The notes under the pieces were generated by a model, which made no database searches, was not told the origin of the DNA, and was given only the letters and a program-made list of their open reading frames with translations. From Malacoraja senta (taxonomy: Eukaryota), in the NCBI GenBank assembly GCA_038087875.1, contig CM075993.1:2544001-2608000 (forward strand): a stretch of 64,000 nucleotides of DNA, given 5' to 3'. Below are positions 25,025 through 37,959 of this stretch, one piece after another; position 1 is the first letter of the stretch; the number at the start of each line of letters is the position of its first letter. The translations under genes and the position numbers were made by a program.

Positions 25025-25755
25025 CTCGCATTCCCAACCTGCCCTTTCCTCCATTGTCAGAGTGAGGCCCAGCGCAAATTGGAGGAGCAGCACCTCATAT
25101 TTCGCTTGGGCAGCTTACACCCCAGCGGTATGAACATTGACTTCTCCGACTTCAAGTAAACCTTGCTTTCCCTCTCTCTCTGCCCCTTTCCCACCCTGGA
25201 CGCCCTGTTAAATCCTCTGTAGACAAAAATGCTGGAGAAACTCAGCGGGAGAGGCAGCATCTATGGAGCGAAGGAATAGGTGACGTTTCGGGTCGAGACC
25301 CGGAAGGGTCTCGACCCGAAACGTCACCTATTCCTTCACTCCATAGATGCTTCCTGGTCTCGACCCGAAACGTCACCTATTCCTTCGCTCCATAGATGCT
25401 GCTGCACCCGCTGAGTTTCTCCAGCATTTTTGTCTACCTTCGATTTTCCAGCATCTGCAGTTCTTTCTTAAACTGTTAGATCCTCTGTTTGCATCCATAT
25501 ATCCCTTTATTATCATCTCTTCCACAGCCAACAATGGACCATTGTGGGCTCTGCCTTTCCTTGGTCATCGGTGCCAGCTCTGATTTGTTCTGCACCCTTT
25601 TCAGACCTCTCCACTGACTCTCAGTCTGAAGAAGGGTCTCGACCCTAAACGTCACCTATTCCTTTTCTCCAGAGATGCTGCCTGTCCCGCTGAGTTACTC
25701 CAGCACTTTGTGTCTATCTTCTGTGTAAACCTGCATCTGCAGTTCTTTCTTACAA
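25025..25755 (+). mobile_element. Penelope-like 3' fragment containing a nested foldback mini-element (25221-25472)
   Basis: Homologous to the GIY-YIG C-terminus (RKLEEQHLIFRLGSLHP.GMNI); nested element TSD CTGTTA(A/G)ATCCTCTGT at 25205-25220 / 25473-25488. Confidence 0.8.
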
Positions 25756-25919
25756 AGGTGTGTAGCATGCGTAGGAAGGGACTGCAGATGCTGGTTTAAA
25801 CCCAAGATGGACACAAAAAGCTGGAGTAACTCAGCGGGCCAGGCAGCATCGCTGGAGACAAGAAATAGGTGACGTTTCGGGTCGAGATCCTTCTTCAGAT
25901 TGGTTAGTTCATCACCAGA

Positions 25920-26283
25920 CTCATAGCCATAGAGTCAGAGAGTGATACAGCGTGGAAACAGGCCCTTCGCCCAACTAGCCCACATCGGCCAACACGTCCA
26001 TGCTACACTAGTCCCACCTGCCAGCATATGGTTTATATCCCTCTAAACCTGTCCTATCCATGTACCTGTCTAATTGTTTCGTAAACGTTGGGATAGCCCC
26101 AGCCTCAACTACCTCCTCTGGCAGCTCGTCCCATACACCCACCACCCTTTGTGTGAAAAGGTTACCCCTCAGATTCCTATTAAATCTTTTCCCCTTCACC
26201 TTAAACCTACGTCCTCTGGTCCTCGATTCCCCAATACTCTGGGCAAGAGACTCTGTGCATCTGCCCGATCTATTCCTCTCATG
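25920..26283 (-). mobile_element. CR1 3' fragment, (CTCTATGA)-tail subfamily
   Basis: ORF 26008..26199 is a CR1 C-terminus. Confidence 0.88.
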
Positions 26284-26572
26284 ACCCTAGATGTGGAGCT
26301 CCACCAGGAAGCCCAACCATGACCCTAGCAGTGGAGCTCCACCAGGAAGCCCAACCATGACCCTAGCAGTGGAGCTCCATCAGGAAGCCCAACCATGACC
26401 CTAGCTGTGGAGCTCCATCAGGAAGCCCAACCATGACGCTAGCTGTGGAGCTCCATCAGGAAGCCCAACCATGACCCTAGCAGTGGAGCTCCATCAGGAA
26501 GCCCAACCATGACCCTAGCAGTGGAGGTCCATCAGGAAGCCCAACCATGACCCTAGCAGTGGAGGTCCATCA
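26280..26572. repeat. 38-bp minisatellite, about 7.7 copies
   Basis: Unit CATGACCCTAGCAGTGGAGCTCCATCAGGAAGCCCAAC starting at 26280, 26318, 26356, 26394, 26432, 26470, 26508 and 26546. Confidence 0.95.
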
Positions 26573-26964
26573 CCAGCCTCGACATTAATACAAGGCCAGG
26601 AGCTCCACGAGGAGGCTCAGCAACATATCAGGCACCAGGTGCTTGGGTGCTTATCCCAAAATAAAATGGGAGATAGTCCACGAACTACTGGCTTGAGTGG
26701 ACAACATCAAGTGTTTCCTTGTTGCAGATAGAAGACCATGTGGAAACTTGTCCACAGATACAGCTGTAAATTGGTAGAATTGTACATTTTAAGAAATGTC
26801 AATTCAATTTCCCGATGTTGTTAACAATAGGTCCAATTAACAGATGGAAAGATAAAGGCTTGTTTGAACAATCACCAGAAATAATAACCAGGGACCAGCT
26901 GCTCCGAGGTGCTGTTTATGGCAAGTGTCAGCTTGTTCTCCTCTCAATCAACCTTGAACTGTAA

Positions 26965-27280
26965 TTTTAGTTTTAGTTTTAGAGATACAGCATGGAAACA
27001 GGCCCTTCGGCCCACCGGGTCCGTGCTGACCAGCGATCCCCGCATATTAGCACCATCCTACACACAATAGGGACAATTTTTACATTCACCAAGCCAATTT
27101 AACTGCATACCTGCACGTCTTTGGAGTGTGGGAGAAAACCGAAGAGCTTGCAGAAACCCCACGCAGGTCACGGGGAGAACGTACAAACTCCATACAGACA
27201 GCACCCGTAGTCGGGATCGAACCCGGGTCTCTGGTGCTGCAAGTGTCGTAAGGCAGCAACTCTAACCGCTGCACCACCCT
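26965..27280 (-). mobile_element. HE1-like SINE (head-insertion variant)
   Basis: Tail, body and B box; extra 9-10 nt in the tRNA-like head. Confidence 0.85.
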
Positions 27281-27291
27281 GATGCACTAAA

Positions 27292-27683
27292 TGTGTAGGA
27301 AGGAACTGCAGATGCTGGTTTACACCGAAGATAGACACAAAATGCTGGAGTAACTCAGCGGGACAGGCAGCATCTCTGGTGAGATGGAATGGGGGATGTT
27401 TCGGACTGAGAGTCAGGGGAGAGGGAAACTAGAGATATGGAAGGGTAAGGTGTGAAAACGACAGATCAAAGCAGAGGATGATCAAGGAAATGTACGATGG
27501 TTGATTGTCGGCTGAGGGGAAGGTGACAAACAGTGACATTAATCAGGAGGGCAGTGAAACTAGTCGGAGAATTAGGGTGGGAGAGGGACAGAGAGGGAAA
27601 GCAAGGGGTACTTGAAGTTAGAGAGATCAACACTCCTACCCCTGGGTTGTAAGCTGCTCAAGCAATATATGAGGTGCTGTTCC
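27292..27683 (-). mobile_element. Penelope-like 3' fragment
   Basis: EQHLIYCLSSLQPRG peptide homologous to the GIY-YIG C-terminus, followed by the terminal repeat. Confidence 0.75.
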
Positions 27684-28579
27684 CGTAACCCTGACTGAGA
27701 ATAAGTAAGGGGCTGCCTCCACTGATGTTGGTTGATTGTACTAAAAGTCTGCCATGCTGTTCGAAGCGACTCTCCTCTCCATTGTCCATGTCTCATTATC
27801 TCCATTTCTTCTCTCTTGAATGGTCCCTGATTGTCCACAATGGAACCTGTGCATCGTAGGCACATAAGTGCGGAGCTCTGCTCAGGAGGTGTCTGGGGGC
27901 GTGATTCACGGAAAGGTCACCCTGGTGCTTCCCTGTGTATTAACCCGCAGGACGAAAGGAACATAAAAGCAACACAAAGTGCGGCAGTAACTCAGCGGGT
28001 CATGCAGCATCTCTGGAGGACGTGGATGGATAGGCGACGTTTCGGTCAGGGCCTGTCACCAGAGCCTTCAGGGGATGAGTCCTAACCTGAAATGTCACCA
28101 GAACCTGAAGAAGGATCCTTACCCCGAATGTCACCGATCCATGTCCTCCAGAGATGTTGCCTGACCCGCTGAGGTACTCCAGCACTTTGCTTTTTTCCCC
28201 CTCATAAACCAGCATCTGCAGTTCCTTAATGTCCCCCTGAATATTGGCTGTGTTCTGTAATTTACTATAGTTGGAGAAACATGGATGGTTTTCTCAGCAA
28301 CGTCAGATGTAGAGGGGCGATCTGATGGAAGTATAACATGAGAGGCACAGATGTGGTAGACAGTCAGAACCTTTCTCCCAGGATGGAAATGTCAAGGACT
28401 CGGGCAGCACGGTGGCGCAGCGGTAGAGTTGCTGCCTTACAGAAGTGTAGATGGAGTCAATGGAAGGGAGGTCGGTTGGTGTGATGGTCTGGGCTGCGTC
28501 CACAAGTCTCTGTCTTCAGTGCCATAACATGAATTGTAAGCTTTGACAGACTACGCTCCCAAAACTAAAGGGTAAAGTG

Positions 28580-28756
28580 TAGGAAGGAACTGCAGATGCT
28601 GGTTGAAACCGAAGATAGACACAAAAAGCTGGACAGGCAGCATCTCTGGAGAAAAGGAATGGGTGACGTTTCGGGTCAACCCAAAACGTCACCCATTCCT
28701 TCTCTCCAGAGATGCTGCCTGTCCCGCTGAGTTGCTCCAGCTATTTGTGTCTATCC
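28580..28756. mobile_element. Foldback Penelope-derived mini-element with 13-bp TSD
   Basis: TSD AAAGGGTAAAGTG at 28567-28579 / 28757-28769. Confidence 0.82.
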
Positions 28757-28789
28757 AAAGGGTAAAGTGGTGTTTGATCGTGTTTGACG

Positions 28790-29162
28790 TCTCAAAAAGG
28801 CTGGCAATATCATCAAGGACCCACACCATCCTGGCCACACACTCATCTCCCCGCTACCTTCAGGTAGAAGGTACAGGAGCCTGAAGACTGCAACGACCAG
28901 GTTCAGGAATAGCTACTTCCCCACAGCCATCAGGCTATTAAACCTGGCTCGGACAAAACTGAACATTAATAGCCCATTATCTGTTATTTGCACTTTATCA
29001 GTTTATTTATCCATGTGTGTATATATTTATACAATGGTATATGGACACACTGATCTGTTCTGTATTCACGCCTACTATGTTCTGTTGTGCTGAAGCAAAG
29101 AAAGAATGTCATTGTCCTATCTGGGACACATGACAATAAACTCTCTTGAACTTGAATCTTGA
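28790..29162 (+). mobile_element. Rex-Babar-type LINE 3' end
   Basis: Encodes IIKDPHHPGH...RYRSLKTATTRFRNSYFPTAIRLLN; (CTTGAA)n tail. Confidence 0.8.
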
Positions 29163-29404
29163 AGTCGGTGCAGTCAGTGAGTGCCGAGCAGAGTAGCAAC
29201 ACGATGGATGATCATGGAGTAGACAAATGATTAATCACTCATTAGCATGCTGCATCTCAAACACCTGCTAACATCCTCGCAGTGTCCAATTTAATTTACA
29301 CTTAGAACAAAGTCTTGCTAAAAAAAAAAAACGTTCGCATATTTCCTGATCAACCAACCTTGCCAGGGTCATGAAAATGTGTTAGCGTTAGTTCCTGCTG
29401 CATT

Positions 29405-29652
29405 ATAGCAATAATAGACAATAGGTGCAGGAGTAGGCCATTCGGCCCTTCGAGCCAGCACCGCCATTCAATGTGATCATGGCTGATCATCCCCAATCAG
29501 TACCCCGTTCCTGCCTTCTCCCCATATCCCCTGACTCCGCTATTTTTAAGAGCCCTATCTAGCTCTCTCTTGAAAGCATCCAGAGAACCTGCCTCCACCG
29601 CCCTCTGAGGCAGAGAATTCCACAGACTCACCACTCTCTGTGAGAAAAAGTG
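29405..29652 (-). mobile_element. CR1 3' end
   Basis: FFSQRVVSLWNSLPQRAVEAG peptide. Confidence 0.88.
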
Positions 29653-29774
29653 TTGGCAAAGGCAGAGGATGGCACGGTGACGCAGTGGTAGAGTTGCTGC
29701 CTTATTAGTGTAGAGATACAGCATGGAAAGAGGCCCTTCGTCCCACCGAGTCCGTACCGACCAGCAATCCAAAT

Positions 29775-29775
<1 letters not shown>

Positions 29776-29821
<46 letters not shown>

Positions 29822-29878
29822 CGCACGCACGCACGCACGCGCCCACGTACACGCACATGCACACGCACACGCACACAC
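29776..29878. repeat. (CA)n / (CACG)n microsatellite inside a minus-strand SINE (about 29708-30072)
   Basis: Direct reading; the array replaces part of the SINE body. Confidence 0.92.
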
Positions 29879-30809
29879 CAAGCCAATTTACCTACAAACC
29901 TGTACGTCTTTGGAGTGTTGGTGGAAACCAAAGATCTCGAAGAAAACCCACGCGGTCACGGGGAGAACGTACAAGCTCCGTACAGACAGCACCCGTAGTC
30001 GGGATCGAACCTGGGTCTCCGGTGCTGCAAGTGCTGTAAGGCAGCGACTCTCTACCGCTGCGCCACCGTGCCTCGTAGCGCCAGAGACCCAGTTTCGATC
30101 CCGACCGTGGGCGCTGTCTGTACGGAGTTTGTACGTTCTCCCTGTGTGACCGTGTGGGGTTTGTCCGGGTGCTCCGGTTTCCTCCCACACTCGTCCAGGT
30201 TTATAGGTTACCATATTGTAGGTTACCATACCATATTGAAGCAAAGGAACAAAGAAAAAGCAATGATGGAGAGGTGTTAGCATCTGTGTTCAAATCTCCA
30301 CGTTAAATAAGTGCATCATGCAAGCTAATGCTCCAATGTTGTGCTGAGAGAGAGCTTGCACTAATGCTTTTGTGAACACCATTTCACACCATTCTGAACA
30401 CCATTTCACTTGTCACGGACAACTATATGACTCTATTGGGAATGGGAGCAGAGGAAATCTCACAAAAAACAATATTTATTGTTCAATCAATACTTCAGAA
30501 CCACTAACTTGTGTCTCATTTGTCAGCTGCATTTCCTATATCCGCTCAAACAGTTGGGAAGTGCGCAGAAGAGATTCACCGGGACTTTGACACGAGGAAC
30601 TGCAGATGCTGGTTAACAAAAGAAAAGAAACAAAGTGCCGGAGTAACGCAATGTTGGCCTGAGAACATGGATGGGCAACGTTTCTGGTCAGGACCCCTTC
30701 TTCAGTCTGAAGGATGGTTCCATCCTGAAACGTCGCCTATCCAAGTTCTCCAGAGATGCTGCCTGACCGGCTGGATTAATCCAACACTGTGTGGATGTTT
30801 CACCTGGAT

Positions 30810-31318
30810 GTGACCTGGGCTTGTGAGCTTGAGCTACAGGGAGAGGTTGGATAGGTTGGGACCTTTTTTTTCCGTTGGAGTGCAGGAGGCTGAGGGGCGA
30901 CCGTACTGAGGTGTCCAAGATCATGAGGGGCACGGATAAAGTGAAGGCACACGGCCTTTTCCCCAGGAGTAGAGGATTATACTCTGCCCCAGCCGAGGTT
31001 TGGAGCAAGCAGCCAACAACTAGGATGGTCAGTCATGACCAAGGGGGGCCTACGAGAGGATTATAATACCACAAGCATTTAGGCTTAAGGTGAGAGGTGT
31101 ACATGAGACATCAGGGGCAACTCAGAGGGTGGGTCCATATCTGGAATAAGCAGCTGGAAGAAATCTATAGAAGTGGATCAAACTGTGATCTTTGGACAGA
31201 TATATGGATAGGAAGGGCATACGCCAGCAAATGGAGCTAGCCCAATATGCTAAATTGGTTAGCATGGTCTATGTGGGCCGAAGAGACTATTACATGGAGT
31301 AACTCTATGACTCTAATA
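30810..31318 (+). mobile_element. Old, diverged CR1 fragment
   Basis: LECRRLRGDRTEVSKIMRG peptide and a degenerate 3' tail. Confidence 0.7.
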
Positions 31319-31536
31319 GGAGTCTGAGATCCCTCTTCAATATCTCTCTTCTCACAAGTCCATGCCCTCTTTAACAAATTATTATTTTTTAAGTTTTTAG
31401 CGATGCTGTATAAAAACAGTCCCCTCGGCCCACTGAGCCCACGTCAACCATCGATCACCCATTCACACTAGTTCGATGTGTTATTACACCTTCACATCCT
31501 ATACACTCGGGGCAATTTACAGAAGTCTCTGGAGTG

Positions 31537-31977
31537 CACACGGAGAACTTGCAAACTCCACAAAGAGAACATGCAAACTCTACACGGAGAACACGCAAAC
31601 TCCACACAGAGAACATGCAAACTCCACAAGGAGAACTTGCAAACTCCACAAAGAGAACATGCAAACTCCACAAGGAGAACTTGCAAACTCCACAAAGAGA
31701 ACATGCAAACTCCACAAGGAGAACTTGCAAACTCCACACAGAGAACGTGCAAACTCCACACATAGAACATGCAACTCTACACGGAGAACATGCAAACTCC
31801 ACACAGAGAACATGCAAACTCCACACAGAGAGCATGCAAACTCCACACAGAGAACAAGCAAACTCCATACAGAGAACGTGCAAACTCCACAAAGGGAACG
31901 TGCAAACTCCACACAGAGAACTTGCAAACTCCACACAGAGAATGCGCAACTCCACACAGAGAATGCGCAAACTCCAC
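31537..31977. repeat. About 22-bp minisatellite derived from the SINE body (about 20 copies)
   Basis: Unit GCAAACTCCACACAGAGAACAT resembles the SINE segment GGAGAACGTACAAACTCC and follows a SINE fragment at about 31395-31535. Confidence 0.9.
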
Positions 31978-32243
31978 GCCTTTTGGACAAAGAATGAAAT
32001 CTTTGAAATCTCCTTATTAGTAAGGAATTGATTTTTAAATACGATAGAAGTGTTGGGGAAAAGGGGTGAGATTAATAAGTTATTCTTCTTCTCACTCCTT
32101 TTCGAGCTTGTACAGACTCTGAGTTGGACATTGGAACCTTGATTTTGTTCTTCTCAATTGTAAATGTTGATTGCAATGTTCAATTGTTTGATAATTTCGA
32201 TTTTGTTAATATCAATGTCTTTAATGTCTTTACTTGTTCAGAA

Positions 32244-32274
<31 letters not shown>

Positions 32275-32436
32275 GGAGATAAACCACAAGTTCATCAAAC
32301 TAACCCACGAGCTGAAACCTTGAGTACCATCGTACACCAGACAACCAGTGGCATTGATGTACTCGAGTGCGATCAACTCATTATCCCCTTTATCCTGTAT
32401 CTCTACACTGTGGACGGCTTGATTGTAAACATGCAT

Positions 32437-32738
32437 AGTTTAGTTTCTTTTAGAGATACAGCGCTGAAACAGGCCCTTCGCCCAACCAAGTCCGCACCGA
32501 CCAGCGATCCCCGCACACGAACACTGTCCTACACTCCCTGGGGACAATTTACATTGATAGCGAGCCAATTAGCCGACTAACCTTTACGCCTTTGGAGTGT
32601 GGGAGGAAACCGGAGCTTCCCGGAGAAAACCCACGCAGGTCACGGGGAGAACGTACAAACTCCGTACAGACAGCACCCGTAGTCGGGATCGAACCCGGGC
32701 CTCTGGCGCTGTGAGGCAGCAACTCTACCGCTGCACCA
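32437..32738 (-). mobile_element. HE1-like SINE nested in a Rex 3' end
   Basis: Tail, body and B box on minus; Rex UTR sequence continues on both sides. Confidence 0.85.
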
Positions 32739-33279
32739 ACATAACGCCCAATAGTAGTCTTTCCACTGACTGGCTAGCACGCAACAAGAAAGCTTTTCAC
32801 TGTACCTCAGTACACATGACAATAATAAACTACACTAAACTAAATGATTCAAATGATTGTTATTTCACATTTATTTACTTAAACTAGTTTGTTAAAATAG
32901 TTGGCATTGGCAAGTTCTCCTTGATTCCTCCACCCATATTCTAATCATCTGTCACTTTGACAAAGGATTTGGTCTCCTGTGCTAATGCCTCCTAATGACA
33001 TAATGTCAACGTTTGTTTGATAAAGTTTCTCGGAAGTGTCCTGGGAAGTTTTGTGAGATGATAAAAACACTATATAAATGCAAATTACTGTTTAACTTTG
33101 CAGCGGAAAGAATGAGAAACACTGAATGATGGAAAATGAAGGCTTCTCAAAGATGAAAAGGTAATCACTTCAGCAGGAGATCCCACATTCAAAGATCAGA
33201 CCCGAGGAATAAGTAAGTCTGTCTCTTTGAACGCTCGGGAAATTTGCAGAAAGATGCAGTCCAATAACTGGTCCTTATC

Positions 33280-33620
33280 ATGTGCAGGAAGGAACTGCAG
33301 ATGCTGGTTTAAACCCAAGATAGACACAAAAAGCTGGAGTAACTCAGCGGGACTGGCAGCATCTCTGGAGAGTAGGAATGGGTGACGTTTCGGGTCAAGA
33401 CCCTTCTCCTGACCGAGAGTCGGGGGGAAGGGACACGAGAGGTATAGACGGCGATGTAGAGAGATATGGAACAAATGAATGAAAGATATGCAAAAAAGTT
33501 ACGATGATAAAGGAAACAGGCCACTGTTAGCAGTTTGCTGGGTGAGAACGAGACTTGGGTGGGGGAGGGATGGAGAGAGAGGGTGTGCTGGGGTTACTTG
33601 AAGTTAGAGGTCTCAATCAT
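33280..33620 (-). mobile_element. Penelope-like terminal fragment
   Basis: Reverse complement is similar to 59870-60146. Confidence 0.75.
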
Positions 33621-33689
33621 GCAAGAAACACACTCTGGAGCAGTCAGGTGGAGATTCCAGATTCCCAGAGCATCAGCTGGATGCAGTAC

Positions 33690-34475
33690 CAAGGTCAAGG
33701 TCAAGTTATTTTTATTTGTCACATTCACATACACCCGGGTGTAGTGAAGTGAAATGCTTCTTGCCATTATGCAGCACACAAAAGAAGAGAATACAGACAT
33801 AACACCAAGATAGTCTTAACACTGAACATCCCCCCACAATGGCTCCCACCATGAGGGAAGGCGCAATGTCCAGTCCCCAACCCCAGTTCACCCATAGTCG
33901 GGCCCATTGAGGCCTCCACAGTTGCCTCTACGGAGGCCCGATGTTCCAGGCCGTTCTCGCCGGGTGATGTTGCTCCGGCGTCGGGAGAGTCCTCCCAGCG
34001 GCCTGGGAACCCCGGAACGGCCGCTTCCGCACTGGGGGCCGCGGCTTCCGAAGCCGACAAGGCCGCGCCGGTTGGAGCTCCACAACTGGCGATCTCATCT
34101 AGAGATCCCAGGCTCCCGGTGTCAAGTTCAGCGCCGCCGCCCGCAGCCGGTCGCTCCACAGTCCCGCTGCTCCGCGATGTTTTCCCCAGCGCTCCTCAGC
34201 TCACCGGAGCTCCAGCGCGGGCGACCCAGGCACAGGAAACGCCGCTCCAGGCCCGCTGGGAGGCCGCGAGGACGGGTCGAAGCTGCAGCCCGGAGAAAAG
34301 CTGCCTCTCTGGCCAGGTAGGGACCCTGAAAGGTAGTTTCCCCCTTCCCCCTTCCCCCCCACACAAAAAAGTCTAGACCTCCAAACAAACCACTTAACTA
34401 ACTAAAATAAAAAAATAAAAAGATGAAAGGACAGACAGCTGCTGGCTGGGCAACCGCGCACAGGACAACGCCCCC
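33690..34475 (-). mobile_element. GC-rich non-autonomous retroposon with a Rex-like 3' end
   Basis: Minus strand ends TGACAAATAAA + (ACCTTG)n; CpG-rich body; the 3' portion resembles 63288-63570. Confidence 0.6.
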
Positions 34476-34936
34476 AAACCACCCACCATATCTGTCTGAT
34501 TCAGGTTGATTTCACATGAAATTGATCTAAGATGGTTGGGTTATTATTGTGTGGACCAGTCAAAGCTGGAGTATTAACTAGATGGTATTGATTTCCCAGC
34601 TCTGACCAAGTGCAGAAGAATGTTTAACCATCAGCTTTGAAGGGGACAAAAACATTGTCTTCTTTGTTTAATCACTTCAGGAAGGAATAGTGCTGAACTG
34701 TTAGATCTAACAGTTCTTTATTGCTGATTTCTTTTTTGTTCATTATCAAATGTTTAAGAAGGAACTGCAGACACTGGAAAAATCGAAGGTAGACAAAATT
34801 GCTGGAGAAACTCAGCGGGTGAGGCAGCATCTATGGAGCGAAGGAAATAGGTGACGTTTCGGGTCGAGACCCTTCTAAATACTGCCTCGGTGAACTTAAA
34901 GTGGTAATTCTCACTTTGTAACTTGAAGTAAGGAAC

Positions 34937-35222
34937 AACACGGTGGTGCAGAGACCCGGGTTCGATCCCGACCATGGGTGCTGTCTTTACGGAGTTTGCA
35001 CGTTCTCCCCGTGACCTGCGTGGGTTTTCTCCGAGATCTTCGGTTCCCTCCCACACTCCAAAGACGTACAGGTTTGTAGGTTAACTGGCTTGGTTATGAA
35101 ACCAAATGTAAAATTGTCCCTAGTGCGTGTAGGATAGTGTTAGTGTGCGGGGATCGCTGGTCGGTGCGGACTCGGTGGGCCGAAGGGCCTGTTTCCGCGC
35201 TGTATCTCTAAACTAAACTAAC
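34937..35222 (+). mobile_element. HE1-like SINE
   Basis: B box, body and (TAAAC)n tail. Confidence 0.87.
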
Positions 35223-36116
35223 AAGGGAATTTCTATTTTTAAAGTACCTGTTACAGCATAAGGTGGCACAAACCTTCACCCTTGGAACCTCTACCCACGA
35301 TTTGACCTCAAGACCGCAAGAAATTGCAGAGAATTGTGGATGTAGCCCAGACCATCACACAAACCACCTTCCCGATGAGCTTGCCGATTCTGTTGGCGTC
35401 CGAGGCCTTCGCCCTGCTGCCCCAGCACAAGGGGGGCTGGAAGAAACGTCACCCATTCCTTCTCTCCGGAGATGCTGCCTGCCCCGCCGAGTTACTCCAG
35501 CATTTTGTGTCTGTTTTCGGTGGGAAACCGGCATCTGCAGTCAGTCCCCTCCTGTTAGAACGTGGGCGGAACATTGATTGAAAATTGATTTTAAAACTGT
35601 GTGATTGTGACAGAGGCAGCGGACCCGCAGAGGAGATTGTTCCCCTTGTCAGAAGATTGATTCTGACACCAGGCTGGCACAGTGACCACGGAGTGGCAAA
35701 TATATTTGATTACTCACCAATTTTTTTTCCAGACTGCCTGTGCGCAGTGAGTTGCCTTGTAGGCAGCTGTAGGAGACAGCAAATGCCCTTCCTCTCCCAA
35801 CAGGGCAACTGGCTACAATAGCCAGAGAACCCCTCAACTATCCAACGTTGCTGCCAATAGTTTCAGCTGGTTAGATAATGATGCAACTAGTTCAGAACCC
35901 ATTTACACTCCGGGGAAAGTGCTCTCCACTTAGCTGGGCTCAAGAAATCAGATGGAAAGTGTTTCATGAAATAATAATAAAATGACAAAGTCTGCTGCCA
36001 AAATCATTAGTATAACACCATGAATGTACGGTGATTACTCAGGGGATTGCTGGAAATTGGATTTTATTGCACATTTTCCCTTTCAAATGGATTAATATTT
36101 GTCATTTAGTTAGTCA

Positions 36117-36526
36117 TAGAATGGAGCGGCTGGGCTTGTACACTCTGGAATTTAGAAGGAGCTTATTGAAACATATAAGATTATTTAAGGGTTTGGACAC
36201 GCCAGGGGCAGGAAACTTGTTCCCGATGTTGGGGGAGTCCAGAACCAGGGGCCACAGTTTAAGAAAAAGAGGTAAGCCATTTAGAAGGGAGACGAGGAAA
36301 CACTTTTTCTCACAGAGGGTTGTGAGTCTGTGGAATTCTCTGCCTCAGAGGGCAGTGGAGGCAGGTTCTCTGGATGCTTTCAAGAGAGAGCTAGATAGGG
36401 ATCTTAAAGAGAGCGGAGTCAAGGGATATGAGGAGAAGGCAGGGACTGGGTACTGATTGGGGATGATCAGCCATGATCACATTGAATGTCGGTGCTGGCT
36501 GGAAGGACCTATTGTCTATTGTCTAT
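36117..36526 (+). mobile_element. CR1 3' fragment
   Basis: The C-terminal part of ORF 36031..36456 is CR1 ORF2. Confidence 0.88.
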
Positions 36527-37387
36527 TTGACTTCACCGTGGTGCCTCGGTAAGAGCGTTAGCTAAAAGGAGAGGTTGGTCAGATTCGGGATTGATTTCTC
36601 TAAAATCCCAGAGGTAGAAGGGATACCTGGTAGAAGTACATACAATTACGAGAGGCATAGATAGGGTAGACAGTCAGAACTTTTTTCCCCAAGGTGGAAA
36701 TGTCAAATGCTAAAGTGCACGGCTTTAAGGTGAGAGGGGCAAAATTTGTAGGGAAGTGCGGGGCAATTTTTTTTAAATATACACAGAGGGTGGTGGGCGC
36801 CTGGACCGCACTGCCTGGGGTGGAGGAGTGGGCAGATACGGTGTCGGAATTAACGGCATGGTAGAGCCAGAGACCCGGGTTCGATCCCGACTGCGGGTGC
36901 TGCCTGTACGGAGTTTGCACGTCCTCCCCGTGACCCCCCTGGGTTTTCTCCGAGATCTTCAGTTTCCTCCCACACTCCAAAGACGTGCAGGTTTGTAGGT
37001 TAATTGGCTTGGTGTAATTGTAAATCGTCCCTGGTGTGTGTAGGATAGTGTTAGCGTGATGGGCCGAAGGGCCTGTTTCTGCGCTGTATCTGAATTAAAC
37101 TAAGATGCCACACATTGCAGCCTTTGTGTGTAGCAGCTGCAGGAAAACAAGTTGCTCAGCTGGCTCCCGAGTTCCCTTTTAGTCACACTGATATCTATGG
37201 CACAGGACCACACTTGGTACAGCTGCCATCTCATACCCCCAATGACCACGGTTCAATCCTGACCACCGGTCCTGTCCATGTGGAGTTTGTCCCCTCTCTC
37301 TATAACTGCATGGGTTTCCCCCGAGTGCACCAGTTACCTCCCATATCACAAGCTAGTAGGTTACCTTGCCTGTAGCCACTTGGAACT

Positions 37388-37810
37388 GTAGACAATAGAC
37401 AATAGACAATAGGTGCAGGAGTGGGCCATTCGGCCCTTCGAATGACCCAGCACCGCCATTCAATGTGATCATGGCTGATCATCCCCAATCAGTACCCCGT
37501 TCCTGCCTTCTCCCCATATCCCCTGACTCCGCTATCTTTAAGAGCCCTATCTAGCTCTCTCTTGAAAGTATCCAGAGAACCTGCCTCCACCGCCCTCTGA
37601 GGCAGAGAATTCCACAGACTCACCACTCTCTGTGTGAAATAGTGTTACCTCGTCTCCGTTCTAAACGGCTTACCCCTTATTCTTAAACTGTGGCCCCTGG
37701 TTCTGGCCTCCCCCAACATCGGGAACATGTTTCCTGCCTCTAGCGTGTCCAAACGCTTAATAATCTTATATGTTTCAACAAGATACCCTCTCATCCTTCT
37801 AAACTCCAGA
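37388..37810 (-). mobile_element. CR1 3' fragment, (ATTGTCT)n tail
   Basis: Near-identical to 3478-3890. Confidence 0.88.
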
Positions 37811-37959
37811 TTGTAAGCTGGTTTAAACCGAAGGTAGACACAAAATGCTGGAGTAACTCAGCGGGACAGGCAGCATCTCTGGAGAGAAGGAATGGGTGAC
37901 GTTTCGGGTCGAGACTCTTCTTCAGTCTGAACAAAAGTCTCGACCCAAAACCTCATCTC

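Noticed and set aside
26280..26572. CRISPR-like regular repeats (also 37960-38600 and 31537-31977)
   Set aside because: Units are head-to-tail with no unique spacers, there are no cas genes, and the context is eukaryotic.
31455..32031. Overlapping ORFs of up to 173 aa on both strands
   Set aside because: Artefact of the 22-bp tandem repeat.
33104..33160. Plus-strand exon-like segment (ttgcag ... AAG|gtaatc)
   Set aside because: Stops occur in all three frames; it could only be a UTR, start or non-coding exon, and nothing else supports it.
33767..34388. GC-rich ORFs as a host first exon or CpG-island promoter
   Set aside because: They lie within a repeat that has a retroposon-type tail and related copies in the window; open frames follow from GC content.
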